Made by a program: the position numbers and the translations under genes. The notes beneath the pieces are model-generated. The model ran no database searches and was not told where the DNA came from. It was given only the letters and a program-made list of their open reading frames with translations. Source: Rhynchobatus australiae (taxonomy: Eukaryota). From it: a stretch of DNA of 64,000 nucleotides. Shown here piece by piece: positions 1 through 12,959 of the stretch; position 1 is the stretch's first letter, and the number at the start of each line of letters is the position of its first letter. Where the stretch lies: assembly GCA_034780895.1 (NCBI GenBank), contig JAUZTB010000001.1, positions 87,042,454 to 87,106,453 on the forward strand, given 5' to 3'.

Positions 1-177
1 GCACTTAATTTGTTTACCTGCACTGCACTTTCTCTGTAGCTGCAACACTATATTCTGCATTCTGTTTTCTTTTTACTACCTCAATGTAGTTATGTATGAC
101 ATCTGTCTAGATGGCATAGAAACAAAACTTTTCATTGTACCTTGGTACATGTGACAATACTAAACCAATTCCAATAC
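1..177 (+). mobile_element. Rex1/Babar-like LINE 3' UTR fragment
   Basis: Reverse complement matches 16228-16420 and 50515-50588, and the latter is joined across a gap to a Rex-type RT C-terminus. Confidence 0.7.
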
Positions 178-1584
178 CTGTGCTTTCCCTGTAGTCCTGC
201 AATTTTTTTTTCCTTCAAGTGTACTGTTGCCATTTGATGATTGGCATTAAATCTACCTACTCCACCTTATCAAGCAGCGTATTCTGAATTGTATTAAAAC
301 ACTGTGTAAAAATGTTTCTTCTCCATGCTAGTTACTTTTCAGATTATCTTAAATATGTGTTCTCTGTTGACCTGCTATGCTCAGTTTATTGCCTCCCTTA
401 AAAACTCAAGTTTGAACACCTCTATTAAACCTTTCTTAAAATCAGAGAGGGTTAAATAGAACCATCACAGCTTCACAAGCCTCTCTCTGTGTGATTAGGG
501 TTTTCAGCCCTTGGCAGGCTAATATTAGTTTCTGTTTTGTGGAAACTATTGAAGCCTAAGTGAATAAAGATGAAAAAGCCACATTGATAACCTTGTTTCT
601 GGGTTGCATTATGTTTCCAGGAAATATATGGAGGATGAGTACTGTGTTATAATAATTAAATAGCAGTATGTATTTGGAAATATAAAAAAATCCTGCTCCA
701 AAATATCTGGCTAAAACTGATCAGAGTTGCTATGAATGTGATGTAATCCAGCTGGCTGAGTTAGAACACTCTTCAGTGATTTATTTTTAATATGTAGTAA
801 ATGCCATGTTCATTTGTTATTGGTGGGGAGGTAGCATATCTTTTGATAACTCTATTTGCTTCTAATTTGCAGTTTAGATACTCAAAGCAGATTTACATAA
901 ATCTGCATTGAAGCATTTAAGCAATATTGTAAGGGGGAAAGAAAGTTGATTTTGGAGTTGAGGAAAACTGTACTCAGTCGAGCTCTCAGTGCTGACTGCG
1001 CAAAAATGAATCGCAAGGTCACAGACAAGTACAGCGCTTGTCTGGCTCTGCAGGTTTTTCTCTGCAAAGACAGTGCCAGCATGCAACCTTCTGTATTGTG
1101 AATGTTACTCAGCCCTGTTCAACGTGGACTGAAATGAACCGAAGCCTAGGCTTCTGCTGTCTATGTGGTTATTACAAAGAATTATTCCTCCCTTTAAATT
1201 TTGAATCTGTTGATCATGCGTGAAATGTGTATAAAAGCAAGGACGTGTGCCACCATATATTTTCTCAAATGAAATAACTTGAATGAGAAACTGGGAATGT
1301 TTTACCATCTTCTGCGCTTTGAGATGTATTGATGCAAATAGTATTGAAAAGTAAACATAGTTTTGGAATACTCATCTAGCTTACTGCAACACTACACTGT
1401 TCATCTCTTCTTAGAAATTAACTATGCTGTGTGTGGAGAGGGGGAAAAAGCTTGTAACCTTAAGGTATCTTTATGCATAAGATTTCTTGGCATTAAACTG
1501 AAATTTAAAGTGGCATCAGCATTGTAAACAGCAAATAGAGGGCTTATTTAGTTAAAGGGCCACAAGCAGCTTCCTTTAATAATG

Positions 1585-1872
1585 GATAATCATTTTGTGA
1601 TGTTGGTTGAGGAATAAATATTGGGTTGATGACTGGGGGACTAAACAAAAAACATCCTTTACTCTTCCAATGATTCTGCAGGAGCTTGTATTTCCCCAAG
1701 AGGATGAATGTGGATTTTGTTTGGAGTTCTAGCTGAAAGACCCAGACCATAAAAATGCAGATCTCCCTGTTCTGCACTGGATTGACATCTTAGATTATGT
1801 GCTTGTATCTCCAGCATGGAAGTTGAATCATTACCTCTTACTTCAATCATAAGAAGATTACCACTGGAGTGG
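1585..1872 (-). mobile_element. Decayed Deu-domain SINE (SacSINE1/AmnSINE-like)
   Basis: gatgttggttgaggaataaatattgg...tagattatgtgct...gttgaatc blocks shared with copies at 8.5, 17.4, 37.7 and 61.2 kb. Confidence 0.65.
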
Positions 1873-3341
1873 TCAGTTAGTTTTCAGAGCTTTTGCACAA
1901 GAAATCAAAATTCAAAATTTAAGATGCAATTAATAGCTGCACTTTGTTTGCTCGACCAAATTAGTTTCCTTGTTTGACAAGTTGTAAACAAACTTCTGGC
2001 ACAGTCACAGTAGGTTACTTCCTCAGCTGCAAGATTCCATTTTGGCACATGAATTTAAATTGGTAAACTGAAAAAAAAGTGGAAAAGTTGTATGGGATGG
2101 TTGCTAATGAATAAAATGCCTCACTCTGTAATCGCGCTACTACAAGATAATTATTTGCAGATATCGTTAAGCTGGGGAAACCAAAGAAGTACTAGGATAT
2201 TTTTGCCAAGTGCTCCTATACGGAAAGTGGTAGGTTTTACATCTTGGTTAATTGCCGTCAAAAAGCACTCCATATAGATAAATATAAAGTACTGAAAGTA
2301 TAAATATGAAGTTATACTCAATGGGTGGGTTAGAACATTCCAAAAAATGTAGCTAGGAATTGAGAGGCTTGAATACTTTATAAACTGTACAGGGTGATGT
2401 TAAACAAAGCATGTTCAGATACTGGGTTACATAAAGAGATCAGATGAAGTAGAATTACATGTATTGTGTTTGGCCTGGAGAATGATTATACTGTTCAGTG
2501 CAGCATAGGAGGGGAAGGCATTAGTGGAATTGGAAGAGATTGCACTCAAACTGCTAGAATTGAGACCTGAGCTGATAGTCTAGAATTATTAAGNNNNNNN
2601 NNNNNNNNNNNNNNNNNNNNNNNNNNNNNNNNNNNNNNNNNNNNNNNNNNNNNNNNNNNNNNNNNNNNNNNNNNNNNNNNNNNNNNNNNNNNNNNNNNNN
2701 NNNNNNNNNNNNNNNNNNNNNNNNNNNNNNNNNNNNNNNNNNNNNNNNNNNNNNNNNNNNNNNNNNNNNNNNNNNNNNNNNNNNNNNNNNNNNNNNNNNN
2801 NNNNNNNNNNNNNNNNNNNNNNNNNNNNNNNNNNNNNNNNNNNNNNNNNNNNNNNNNNNNNNNNNNNNNNNNNNNNNNNNNNNNNNNNNNNNNNNNNNNN
2901 NNNNNNNNNNNNNNNNNNNNNNNNNNNNNNNNNNNNNNNNNNNNNNNNNNNNNNNNNNNNNNNNNNNNNNNNNNNNNNNNNNNNNNNNNNNNNNNNNNNN
3001 NNNNNNNNNNNNNNNNNNNNNNNNNNNNNNNNNNNNNNNNNNNNNNNNNNNNNNNNNNNNNNNNNNNNNNNNNNNNNNNNNNNNNNNNNNNNNNNNNNNN
3101 NNNNNNNNNNNNNNNNNNNNNNNNNNNNNNNNNNNNNNNNNNNNNNNNNNNNNNNNNNNNNNNNNNNNNNNNNNNNNNNNNNNNNNNNNNNNNNNNNNNN
3201 NNNNNNNNNNNNNNNNNNNNNNNNNNNNNNNNNNNNNNNNNNNNNNNNNNNNNNNNNNNNNNNNNNNNNNNNNNNNNNNNNNNNNNNNNNNNNNNNNNNN
3301 NNNNNNNNNNNNNNNNNNNNNNNNNNNNNNNNNNNNNNNNN

Positions 3342-3550
3342 ATTTTATTCTCCTACAGTCCCATCAGCTCCCTTGAGATTCTGCCACTCACCTACACATT
3401 AAGAGTTATTTACAGCGTCCAATTAACCTACCAACCCACAAATTTTTGGGATTTGGGAGAACACTGGAAATGTAGAAAGTCCATACAGACAGCACTGGAG
3501 GTCAGGATTGAACTTGGGTCACACTACTAGCTATGCCATTGTGCTGCCCC
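3342..3550 (-). mobile_element. tRNA-derived V-SINE (HE1-like)
   Basis: Minus-strand head gggcagcac with B-box GTTCAATCC (3505-3513); V-domain block cacctacac...aattaacctacc. Confidence 0.75.
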
Positions 3551-3565
3551 ATATGTATTCTATTT

Positions 3566-4710
3566 TAAGAAGCTTGATGAAGGCAGGGCAGAAGATGTTA
3601 TCTATATGGGCTTTAGTAAGGCATTTGATAAGATTTTACATGGTGGACTGGTCCGGAAGGTTATGGCACATGGGATTCAAGGCAAACTGGGTAATTGGAT
3701 CCAAAACTGGCTTGGTGATAGGAGCCAGAGGGTAGTGGTGGAAAGGTGATTTTCTGGTTGGAATTCTGTGACTAGTGGTGTGCCACAAGGATTGCTGCTG
3801 AGACCTTTTATTATTTATGATGTATATTAATGACTTGGATGTGAATGTAGGAGATATGATTAATACATTTGTAGATTACGTGGAAGTTGGTGTTATGGAT
3901 AGTGAGGCAGGTTGTCCAAGCTGCAGCTGGACACTGGTCAGATGGAAAGTTAGGCAGAATGTTGGCAGATGGAATTTAATCTCAGCCAGTGCAAGGTGAT
4001 GCATTTTGGGAAGTTAAATAAAGGTAGGACATATGATAGGGCATTAAGGAATGTTGATGAACCTCTATGACCCTCTGTTCAAGTTCATAGTTCCCTGAAA
4101 GTGGCAACATAGGTCAATAGGGTTGTGAAGAAGTCATATGGTATGCTTGCCTTCAGAGGTCTGGGCATAGATTATAAAAATTGGGAGACTATGTTGCAAC
4201 TTTACAAAATATTGGAGTATTGTGTGCAGTTCTGATCACCACAGCATAGGAAGGATGTGGTTGTGCTGGTGAGAGTGCAGAGTAGATTGACCAGGTTGTT
4301 GTCTGGATTGAAGAACTTCAATTATGGGGAGAAATTGTATAGGCTGGGCTTGTTTTCCCTGGAGCGAAGACAACTGAGGAGTGACCTGATAGATGAACAT
4401 CAAACTTATGAGAGGCATAGATAGGATGGGAAACTTTTTTGCATGGTAGGGACATCAAAAACAAGAGGGCATGGGTTAGTGGTGAGAGGAAGGTATTTTA
4501 AAGGAAATTTGAGGAGAAAGAGAGAGTGGTTGATATCTGGAACTTGCTGCCAGAGGAGGTGGTGGAGGCAGATACATTTGCCATGTTTAAGAGATGTTTG
4601 GGCAAGGCATGGAAGGATATGAACCTAGTATGGGCAAATGGACAAAAAGTTTGACATGGACGTGGGGAGGCTAAAGGGCCCATTTTTGTGCTTACAACTC
4701 TGACTCTTGT
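3566..4710 (+). mobile_element. 5'-truncated decayed CR1 LINE (RT and 3' UTR)
   Basis: Frameshifted FSKAFDK, VTSGVPQG and YINDLD motifs; 3' tail aagggcc...actctgactct. Confidence 0.9.
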
Positions 4711-5691
4711 CAATTACTCCTTGAGCTGTCATTTTTGGCTTCAGAACTTTCAAACTGTTGCATCAGGAAGTGCCTTGATGTGGTGAACTATAATTGCAAG
4801 TTTTGTTTTAGTGTAATATTTCTCACTATATACCAAAGTTCACACTCCAATATTGTTTATTAAGTTTTGTGCTTATACAGTGTTTTTCTTCAATTTAAAT
4901 TCTACTTACCATGAGTAGTAATAAATCAATAATCAGCATTACACTTCAACATGCTGTCGAAGTACAAGCAAAACTTGGGAAGAACACTATCAGTAATTGT
5001 ACTGCTGGATGCATATTTCACACTTCAATTGGATGTATTACAAAAGTCTGAAATGCCCACCATTATGTTTCCCTAAAATCCTAGCAACAGATCTATTGGA
5101 GTTTGCCAGTCTATTCCGTGTGGTCCTCAAGTTGTTAGACTTGTATTATTTTGTTGATTTGAACACCCTTTTCTTCCCATGACCTTCTTGTGTGGTTTGC
5201 TTGTTACTGTTCTTTCTCAGATTTTTAAACATTAGTACAGGGAATTGTAATCATTGTTGTAAATCATTTTTACTTGGAGTAATGCCGCCTCTGTAGCCTG
5301 GCTAGGATAACAACTCAATACTTTCTGTAAGGGGTGGATAATGTTTTTTTGTGTTGTGGCTACAAGGTTGCTTCAACCGCTGAGTCTTTATAATTTTAAC
5401 CTAATAGATTTAATCTTCCAAAATACTAAGGTTTATGCATGGAATTTATTTAAAATAATCGTACTCAGCACAGCATTGGCGCTGTACTGTAACACGTTGT
5501 ATGCCTCTTGCATCTCCATGTTATTCCCAACTGTTTGAACAAGAGATGAATAGCAGGAGATGTTGCAGTCATTTCAAAAGTAGTTGGACAAAAACCCAAG
5601 GAATGGAATCTGGCATAGGACTTGCATCTCTTTGGCTTACTCTGCCATTCAATAAGATCATGGTTGATCTTGTGCCTCAAGTCTACTTTGC

Positions 5692-5817
5692 CATCCTCTA
5701 CCAAAATCTTGAAATTCTTAGTATCCACAGCCCTTGGAGAAATCCAACAATTTACATCCTCTACCAAAATCTTGAATTTCTTAGTATCCACACCCCTTGG
5801 AGAAATCCAACAATTTA
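5692..5817 (+). repeat. 63-bp tandem duplication (2 units, 2 mismatches) inside a minus-strand CR1 3' fragment (~5605-5955)
   Basis: Units 5692-5754 and 5755-5817 compared directly. Confidence 0.95.
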
Positions 5818-5961
5818 CAATCTTCTGTATGAAGAAATGTTTCTATCTCAATCTTAAATCACTGTTTTCTTATCCTGAGACCATGGCCTCTGGTTTTAGA
5901 TGACTCCAGATGGTTGAATCAGCCTTTCACTATTTACCTTGGCAATCCTTGTAGAATTTTG

Positions 5962-6520
5962 AAACAGAGGTAGAAAATGTTGGAAGTAATCAGCAGGTCA
6001 GGCAGCATCTGTGCGAGAGAAACAGTCAATAACCTTTTCGTCAGAACTGGAAGAGTGAGAAAACAAATACTTCAAGTTGGAGAGGGATGGAGAAGGAATT
6101 CCTGATAGCAGGACAACCTTGGTTTCACTCTTTCAATGCTGGCAATCAGAGAAAGAAAAGGAACAAAAACAAACATTAGAATTGTGAGATGCATAACCTA
6201 ACATTTGCTGGAAACCTGAAATGAAAGCAAATGCTTGAAATACCCAGTGAAATATCTGTGGAGAGAAAAAAAATTAAGTTAATATTACTGGTGAAAGGCC
6301 TTGCGTCAGAACCAGTCAGTTATAACACAAATGTGGAATGTTGGTAACCTGAAATTGTTGAATTCAGTTTTGAGTTCCATGCCCAGACACAAAATAAAAT
6401 GAGGTGCTGTTCTTTGGGCACTGTTGGAAGTCTGGTCAGTGGGAAATTGATGGAGAATTAAAGTGACTGGTCACTGGAAGCTTGAGATCTACCTTTATGT
6501 ACAGAATGGAGGAACCTCTG
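5962..6520 (-). mobile_element. Penelope-like element 3' end: GIY-YIG C-terminal remnant plus two tandem terminal repeats with decayed hammerhead motifs
   Basis: Minus strand reads LHSVHK..DLKLPVTSHFNSPS..KEQHLIL..TEFNNF; cagttCTGACGA at 6038-6049 and CTGACGCA at ~6302-6309. Confidence 0.75.
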
Positions 6521-7773
6521 GTTCCTTGTAGATTTTAATGAGTTCATTTGCTAGTCCTGTGTTTAGGCTGTTTTCCCAATATGGGGTTACTCCAGTTAAC
6601 TCAGGAATCAACATTGTGAATCAGTTTGTATGTGGACCTAAGATGCACACCAAATAAGCCCTTGCCACAAAGCCCTAAGCCCTTTTAATTTATCCCTTTT
6701 GTACCTCTGACTCCATGCAGTAAAGGCTAACGTATTATTTGCTGCCTTCCTACCAATGTACAAAATCTAGCACTAGAAAGCAAGCATTATGGGACTTGTA
6801 TGTTTCTCCTTGCATTTATTTCCACATTGTTTCATTCGTCAACATTGGGCTTATTGGATGACCAGTGTGATGTTGTATGAGTTGTGGGTAGCTTATGAAT
6901 GACAGGTGGCAAAATGTTGCATCTTCATTACCTCCAGTTAGGAGCACAGAATATTTCTCCTGACATTTGCCAGTGTAAAGCTCCTCTCAGTTTTTTCTGC
7001 AAAGTAAATCTGTATTCTAATTTCAAATTACAACTGATTGCCTAAAGTGTTGTTGTGGGTTTGTTGGCAACAGTGATTTGATATATGGAGCAAGTCTCCT
7101 GGTGAACATCCTAGAAAGACAGAAATCTTGGAGCCTTTGAGCAAATGCCTTTTAAGTGAGCACAACTCTCATATTGCGGTCGCACTGCAGAGGCAATATG
7201 TGTGTTTCATCAGATAAAGGAAATGTTTTACTTCGTTATGAGTGTATCCTTGTAAAGATCCTTGACTGTTGTTTATATTGTAGACTTGGCTTATTTCTGC
7301 ATGTACAAGGTTAGATATTAGTAACATGTCAACCCACTGTGAAGAATTCTGATCCAGCTCCTTTAGTAGAGTGGGGGAAATACACCACAAATCAGCATGC
7401 ATTACAAGTCCAAGGTTCACTTTTGGATCTGTCCTGAGCCAACTAATGTCATCAGGATAATATCAGTTATGGGTGCTATAGACTGGATTATGGAAAGGGG
7501 AAAACAAAATTATTATCTGGTGACACTGCAGAAAAGTGCATTGTATGAGATTAGTAATTGTAACAGTACATCCAAAATGTGATAAATTTCCTGTAGTGCT
7601 GAGGCACATATGAAGCATGTCTATTAGAGAGATTAGTGGATAGTGTTTAACTTGTATTTTTTAAAACATAGCATAAAATAGGTCAACAGTTGAGTGAGAA
7701 GGTTGACATGACTTTGTTGTGTTGCTGTTATTTTCTGTCACTACTCATCATTGTAAAGAATGTAAACCCAGAA

Positions 7774-8450
7774 AGACTAAAGAGACTGCAGACACTCAGA
7801 TCTGGGACAATAAACAGAATGCTGGAAGAACGCAGCCGTTCAAGCAGCTTCTGTGGAGGCAAAAGGTGTGTAAGTCGACGTTTCGGGTCGAGACCCTGNN
7901 NNNNNNNNNNNNNNNNNNNNNNNNNNNNNNNNNNNNNNNNNNNNNNNNNNNNNNNNNNNNNNNNNNNNNNNNNNNNNNNNNNNNNNNNNNNNNNNNNNNN
8001 NNNNNNNNNNNNNNNNNNNNNNNNNNNNNNNNNNNNNNNNNNNNNNNNNNNNNNNNNNNNNNNNNNNNNNNNNNNNNNNNNNNNNNNNNNNNNNNNNNNN
8101 NNNNNNNNNNNNNNNNNNNNNNNNNNNNNNNNNNNNNNNNNNNNNNNNNNNNNNNNNNNNNNNNNNNNNNNNNNNNNNNNNNNNNNNNNNNNNNNNNNNN
8201 NNNNNNNNNNNNNNNNNNNNNNNNNNNNNNNNNNNNNNNNNNNNNNNNNNNNNNNNNNNNNNNNNNNNNNNNNNNNNNNNNNNNNNNNNNNNNNNNNNNN
8301 NNNNNNNNNNNNNNNNNNNCCTGATGAAGGGTCTCAACCCAAAACGTCGACTGTTTATTTCCCTCCATAGATGCTGCCTGATCTGCTGAGTTCCTCTAGT
8401 ATTATGTGTGTGTTGCTCTAGATTCCAGCATTTGCAGAATCTTTTGTCTC
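7774..8450. mobile_element. Penelope-derived element with inverted hammerhead-bearing termini flanking an N gap
   Basis: 7780-7898 is the reverse complement of 8320-8445; CTGATGAAGGGTCTCAACCCAAAACGTCGAC on + and CAGGGTCTCGACCCGAAACGTCGAC on -. Confidence 0.8.
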
Positions 8451-8454
8451 ATGA

Positions 8455-8775
8455 CCTCAGTGCCTTTCATGACCTCAACAACCCAACCTACTTTGCAGCC
8501 ACTGAAATACTTCAAAATGTAGTCACTGTTGTAACTTGGCCAATAATATGATATTGAGCAGGTAATCTCATTGTTAGTTGAAGGATAAATATTGGCTAAG
8601 ACATTGGGTTGAAATCCCTGCTATTCTTCCAAATATTTTCACTTGTGTGGGAGATCAGGCAGGATCTCTGCTTAACGGAGCTAGTACCCTCAACTACACC
8701 AGGGATCCTGGAACATGGTCAAGTCTTTGAAATGGACTTAAACTGATTCTTAAGTTAAGAATGTTACTACTAAAG
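8455..8775 (-). mobile_element. Decayed Deu-domain SINE
   Basis: gtagtcactgttgtaa...gaaggataaatattggc...ccctgctattcttc blocks. Confidence 0.65.
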
Positions 8776-10678
8776 TAGAAGTACCACTTAAACATCAGTA
8801 AAAGGACTCTAATGATTTCTTCACTTTCTTCACTTTGTGCCTCATTAATTCCTCTGAGCTGTTCCTTGAGGTGACTTATTGAAACCCAGAAATTCTTCTG
8901 ATAACTTTATTTCTAAAGATATCAGATGGAATCTTTATAAATATTACAGGGAAAATAATGCATATTTATTTTTAAATCACCCAGTAACACTATATGAAAA
9001 TGGTTATAGCTGAAGCTTAAGGAGTTACTACAATGATAGCAGGGAGATGAATGGAAAGGTGAGCAAGTAAAAAAAAACAGCTCTTCCAAATGTCACCATC
9101 AATATTTATGTTGTCACTAATACTGCTTTCTTTAGTTTTCATTGAAACAAGCTCTTGAGGTAATTCGTACTTAGTTTTTCATGGATGGTGAATGTCCTAA
9201 GTATTTTGAATGCTTGCACGTTTTAAGATCTTGTTTGCGGTATGGAATGCCTTCCTTTGAATAATGCTGTCATATTGCAGTGATACCTCAGTAGTGCACA
9301 AGTCAGCAGTTTGGGAGTTGTGCGACATTGTCTGCCATTGGTGAGGTCAAGGGTTTCTGTCTACACCCTGCTGCCTCAAGAGTATAGAATTAGAGAGTCT
9401 TGCCTCTGAGCTGTGCACTAAACAACGTGAGACTGCAGTAGGTTCTGATGAGGTGCTGAAGGAAAGGTGGAACGATTTGTACAAATTGAATTAATTCCAT
9501 TATTCACGTATACAATGTAAACTTGTCAATTCAGCTACTCTAGCTCACCAACTTTGATTAGCAAAGTTACTGTTATATCTGGTCATTATTGCAGATTTAG
9601 TGGTGTGTGAAATGTAGACATATCCTGAAATGAGTATCTGCAAATAAAACGAGAGCTAATAAAGTAGATTTTGAATACCAGAGCATTGAGGTGTGGGATA
9701 TGGACTTGCAATGTAATTTCCTTGTCATAACTTCCTTATTTTAGGCCATATCCTTTGGTGGGGGACCATGAAAGTGAGATAAATTTGTTTACAATTTTAT
9801 TGGTTTGAATTATTTTTAAAAAGTCCAGTCAGAAGTTATTCAAGTCCATTGCAAGTCCTGGCTTTTTATGGCCCAGGATATTGACTGCAAAGTCCTCTAC
9901 ATAACTTTATGACTCGATCTATGACTCTGAGCGAGTTCAGGAAAAGTCCCATAAATTTGTAATGCCAGTGTCATATTATCTTGCAATATCAATTTTGGTG
10001 CAATTCTTTTGGAATGTTTGGCTCATGTAATTTTAATATAGGAAGATTTACTCAATTTAATTTAGAAATTAGATGCTTAATGTTGTTAAACATGGTCAAA
10101 GTAAAAATATTAGCTTGTATATTTACCACCTTGTTATTTGGATAAAGGGAGCATGTAAAGAACTTCATAAAGAGCTGTGATATTAAAGAATTGATCGGAG
10201 ACCTTATGTGAAGCACAAGTATCCCAGTGCACAGTTCTCTCAAATCTGTTACTCAGTGGTCCAAAATATTAAACAGAATTAAACCCATAGTTATATCACA
10301 GAGTGCTTTAAAAAACGTGTTACACATTTCAAAGGGCGTTTTGAGAGTTCTGAAATACAAGAGACATTTAGCCAAGTTATAGACAATGCATCTCAATTTT
10401 TTAACTGCATTCCAGATCTTATGAAAATGATGACACCTGGCAAATGACAGCTTTTTGTGTTTTTACCTTGGTCGGAATTGATAAACGTCAATACGTTTTC
10501 CCTCTTGACGTAAAATTGCCATGTAATTTGTAAATTATTTGTATCTAGGAATGAAACAAAACTGGGAGGTTGATACCAGCATGCACACATGTGTCTAATG
10601 TGAGCCCATCAGACACGTGTGCATTGTGTTTATCGTTAACAGCCCATTTTTTTCCTTTAGGAAAGATAAAACTCAATA

Positions 10679-10943
10679 TATAGGTTTAAGGTGCTGGGGA
10701 GTAGGTATAGAGGAGATGTCAGGCGTAAGTTTCTAACTCGGATAGTGGTGAGTGCGTAGAATGGGCTGCTGGCAATGGTGGTGGAGGCAGATACGATAGG
10801 GTTTTTTAAGAGACTGTTTGATAGGTACATGGAGCTGAGTAAAATAGAGGGTTATGGGTAAGCCTATTAATTTCTAGGGTAGGGACATGTTCGGCACAGC
10901 TTTGTGGGCCAAAGGTCCTGAATTGTGTTTCTATATTTCTATG
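10679..10943 (+). mobile_element. CR1 LINE 3' end with possible TCAATA TSD
   Basis: ggtttaaggtg...gtggtggaggcagatacg...gggccaaagg...ttctatgt tail; TCAATA at 10673-10678 and 10944-10949. Confidence 0.8.
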
Positions 10944-12959
10944 TCAATAGTGGTATTTCTAGCAAGTGTGAGCATTATTTCAACATATAAAGAGACAGCC
11001 ATTATGCAGCCATTCTGATCTGTGAGTCTTGGCTATGCACTTGTGATTGAGAGCTTTTATCTACATCAGTTTTCTGCAACACACCTACCTAATCACCACC
11101 GTTCTGCCAATTCAGTTAAATCTGCTGCAGTATAATTGGTCTAAGTCAGCCAGTCCTATCTCTTGCAGATTGTTCATGTCTGAAGTTGGCAGTGTTAAGA
11201 AGCTGCTCAATTGTAGACTGTTGAAGATAAATTTGATACTTGTCTGATTAAACACAATATAACACATGTACATGTGCCTTCACATGCGCATGTTCTCTGA
11301 TCCTTTGAGAAGGAATCAATGATCAGGTGTGAAGGCACCAGATATTTTCCCCCGATTAAACTGTGATCATCTTGTTCTTTGTTTTCATCAAAGATTCTGA
11401 ATGATCTAGGTTATGACAGCTCAGTCCTTAATTCTGAGGAGTTAGATTCATTACGCCAACTGGATGGCATCAACTCTTGAGAGAGGATTAGGAAGGATTA
11501 TAACAATGTCAGCCAATATGTGGTGATTATCTGATGATCTACAAGGGATTGTATATGGTATCTTACTCTGCTGTTTGACTTTCTTTCAGACACTGCAAAT
11601 GCCAGCTGAGCCCTGAGGATTAGTTCTGAAATGGAAATATAGTTCTGTCATTTAATTAAATGTCAACCATAATCCAGTAGGTAGCATTCTCACTACTGAC
11701 TCAGTACAAGTTCAGTTTCTATTCCAGAGTTTTGAGCTTGTAATACATCTTGAAGTGGTTGAAAACATGTGTGCATTTTGTGGTGAAGTGTATTAGGTTA
11801 TAACAAATGGAGTGCTTAAGGTTTCGTGTCAACTTGAAGGATTTTATTTTCAGTGCCTGTTAAACAAATTGTGGAGAAATTACTGAGTGATATTTTGTGC
11901 AAGGAAGCTGAATTAACATTCACCTAACCTGAATAATTTTTTTAGTGGTTCAACTTGTCAATTCAATTTTCTGTGTCTTAATCAAGGCGAGGAATGTTCA
12001 ATACAAAGTTCAACTTTCTAGTCACTCACTGTCAACATCAGGTACTCTAACACCTGGTAATGTAATAGAGAATAAAGCTCTCTCAAGAGCAGAGGTAGAG
12101 TACCCAATTGCAACAAAGTGATATTTTGTGCTTGAGTCCTTATAAGCTAGATACTGAAAATTTCATCTCCTTGGTTTTGTAAGAAACATCATGTTAGTAA
12201 ACTGTCATGGGTCAGATGGTTGCCAGGATGGAAGATGGCCACTCGTAAGCTGTAAGTGGCTCAAAAATGCTACTTGTCTCACATTAACATGGCTCACTTC
12301 TAACGGTTCATTGTACTGATTAAACAAGTCACTTTATTATTAGATCAAACCATCATCACCACATTTTCTGGTCACTCTAGGGTGACTATTGCCAAATGGT
12401 GCCATACGCTGAAAATTATTTTTTTTTAAAAAAGGAACAAAACACTTTCCCTGAAGCAGTAATAGCAGAGATTAATTCACCAGGCATCAATCACCTTCTG
12501 GCCATATTTTTTTCATTAATGCATAGGCACCACTGCATTCACGTAAGTTTCTATAACCCTGAGGGTGAATTAACATTTAAGGAATCATTTGGACGGGAGT
12601 GGGTGGATAGATGAGTAGGCCAACTGTAAGATCAGGTTGCAGAGGGTGGGGGTGCAAATAGCCATTGCAAGTTGCCAGGCTACTTGTTCTTTTAACTGCA
12701 TTGTAAGGAATTACCAGTATATGTAGTAAGCTCTTTGGTTTCAAAAAGAAATGTATGGTAATTAAAGTGTCTTTATTTCTGATTTTCTTTTGTATGCAGT
12801 TTTGAGTCACAGTTTTGCCTTTCACTTCAGTTCTTTTTGGAAGAAATAGCAGTTAGTACGTTAGTTTGTTCCTGTACTTCTGACGCTTTCTCATCTTCCG
12901 AGCATCTCACCTGGTTCCTTTTCTAGAGGGAGTCCAGTTACCTATCCTTGATATTCTAT

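Noticed and set aside
3490-3550. tRNA gene (B-box GTTCAATCC)
   Set aside because: SINE head with internal deletion; no cloverleaf and continuous with the V-domain
5692-5817. CRISPR-like or iteron-like array (also 30338-30411)
   Set aside because: Adjacent units without unique spacers, vertebrate context, no cas genes
5465-5903. Overlapping ORFs with internal peptide repeats
   Set aside because: Artefact of the 63-bp duplication in a decayed CR1 3' region
8320-8355. A fully intact, active intronic hammerhead ribozyme
   Set aside because: Catalytic G12 is changed to A and the 5' helix I strand is in the gap; no copy in the window shows a complete canonical fold, so none is annotated as ncRNA
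7690-8370. Long ORFs of 165-281 aa here and at 38198-39079 and 40824-41273
   Set aside because: They are open only because they cross N runs; only 38225-38368 is real coding sequence
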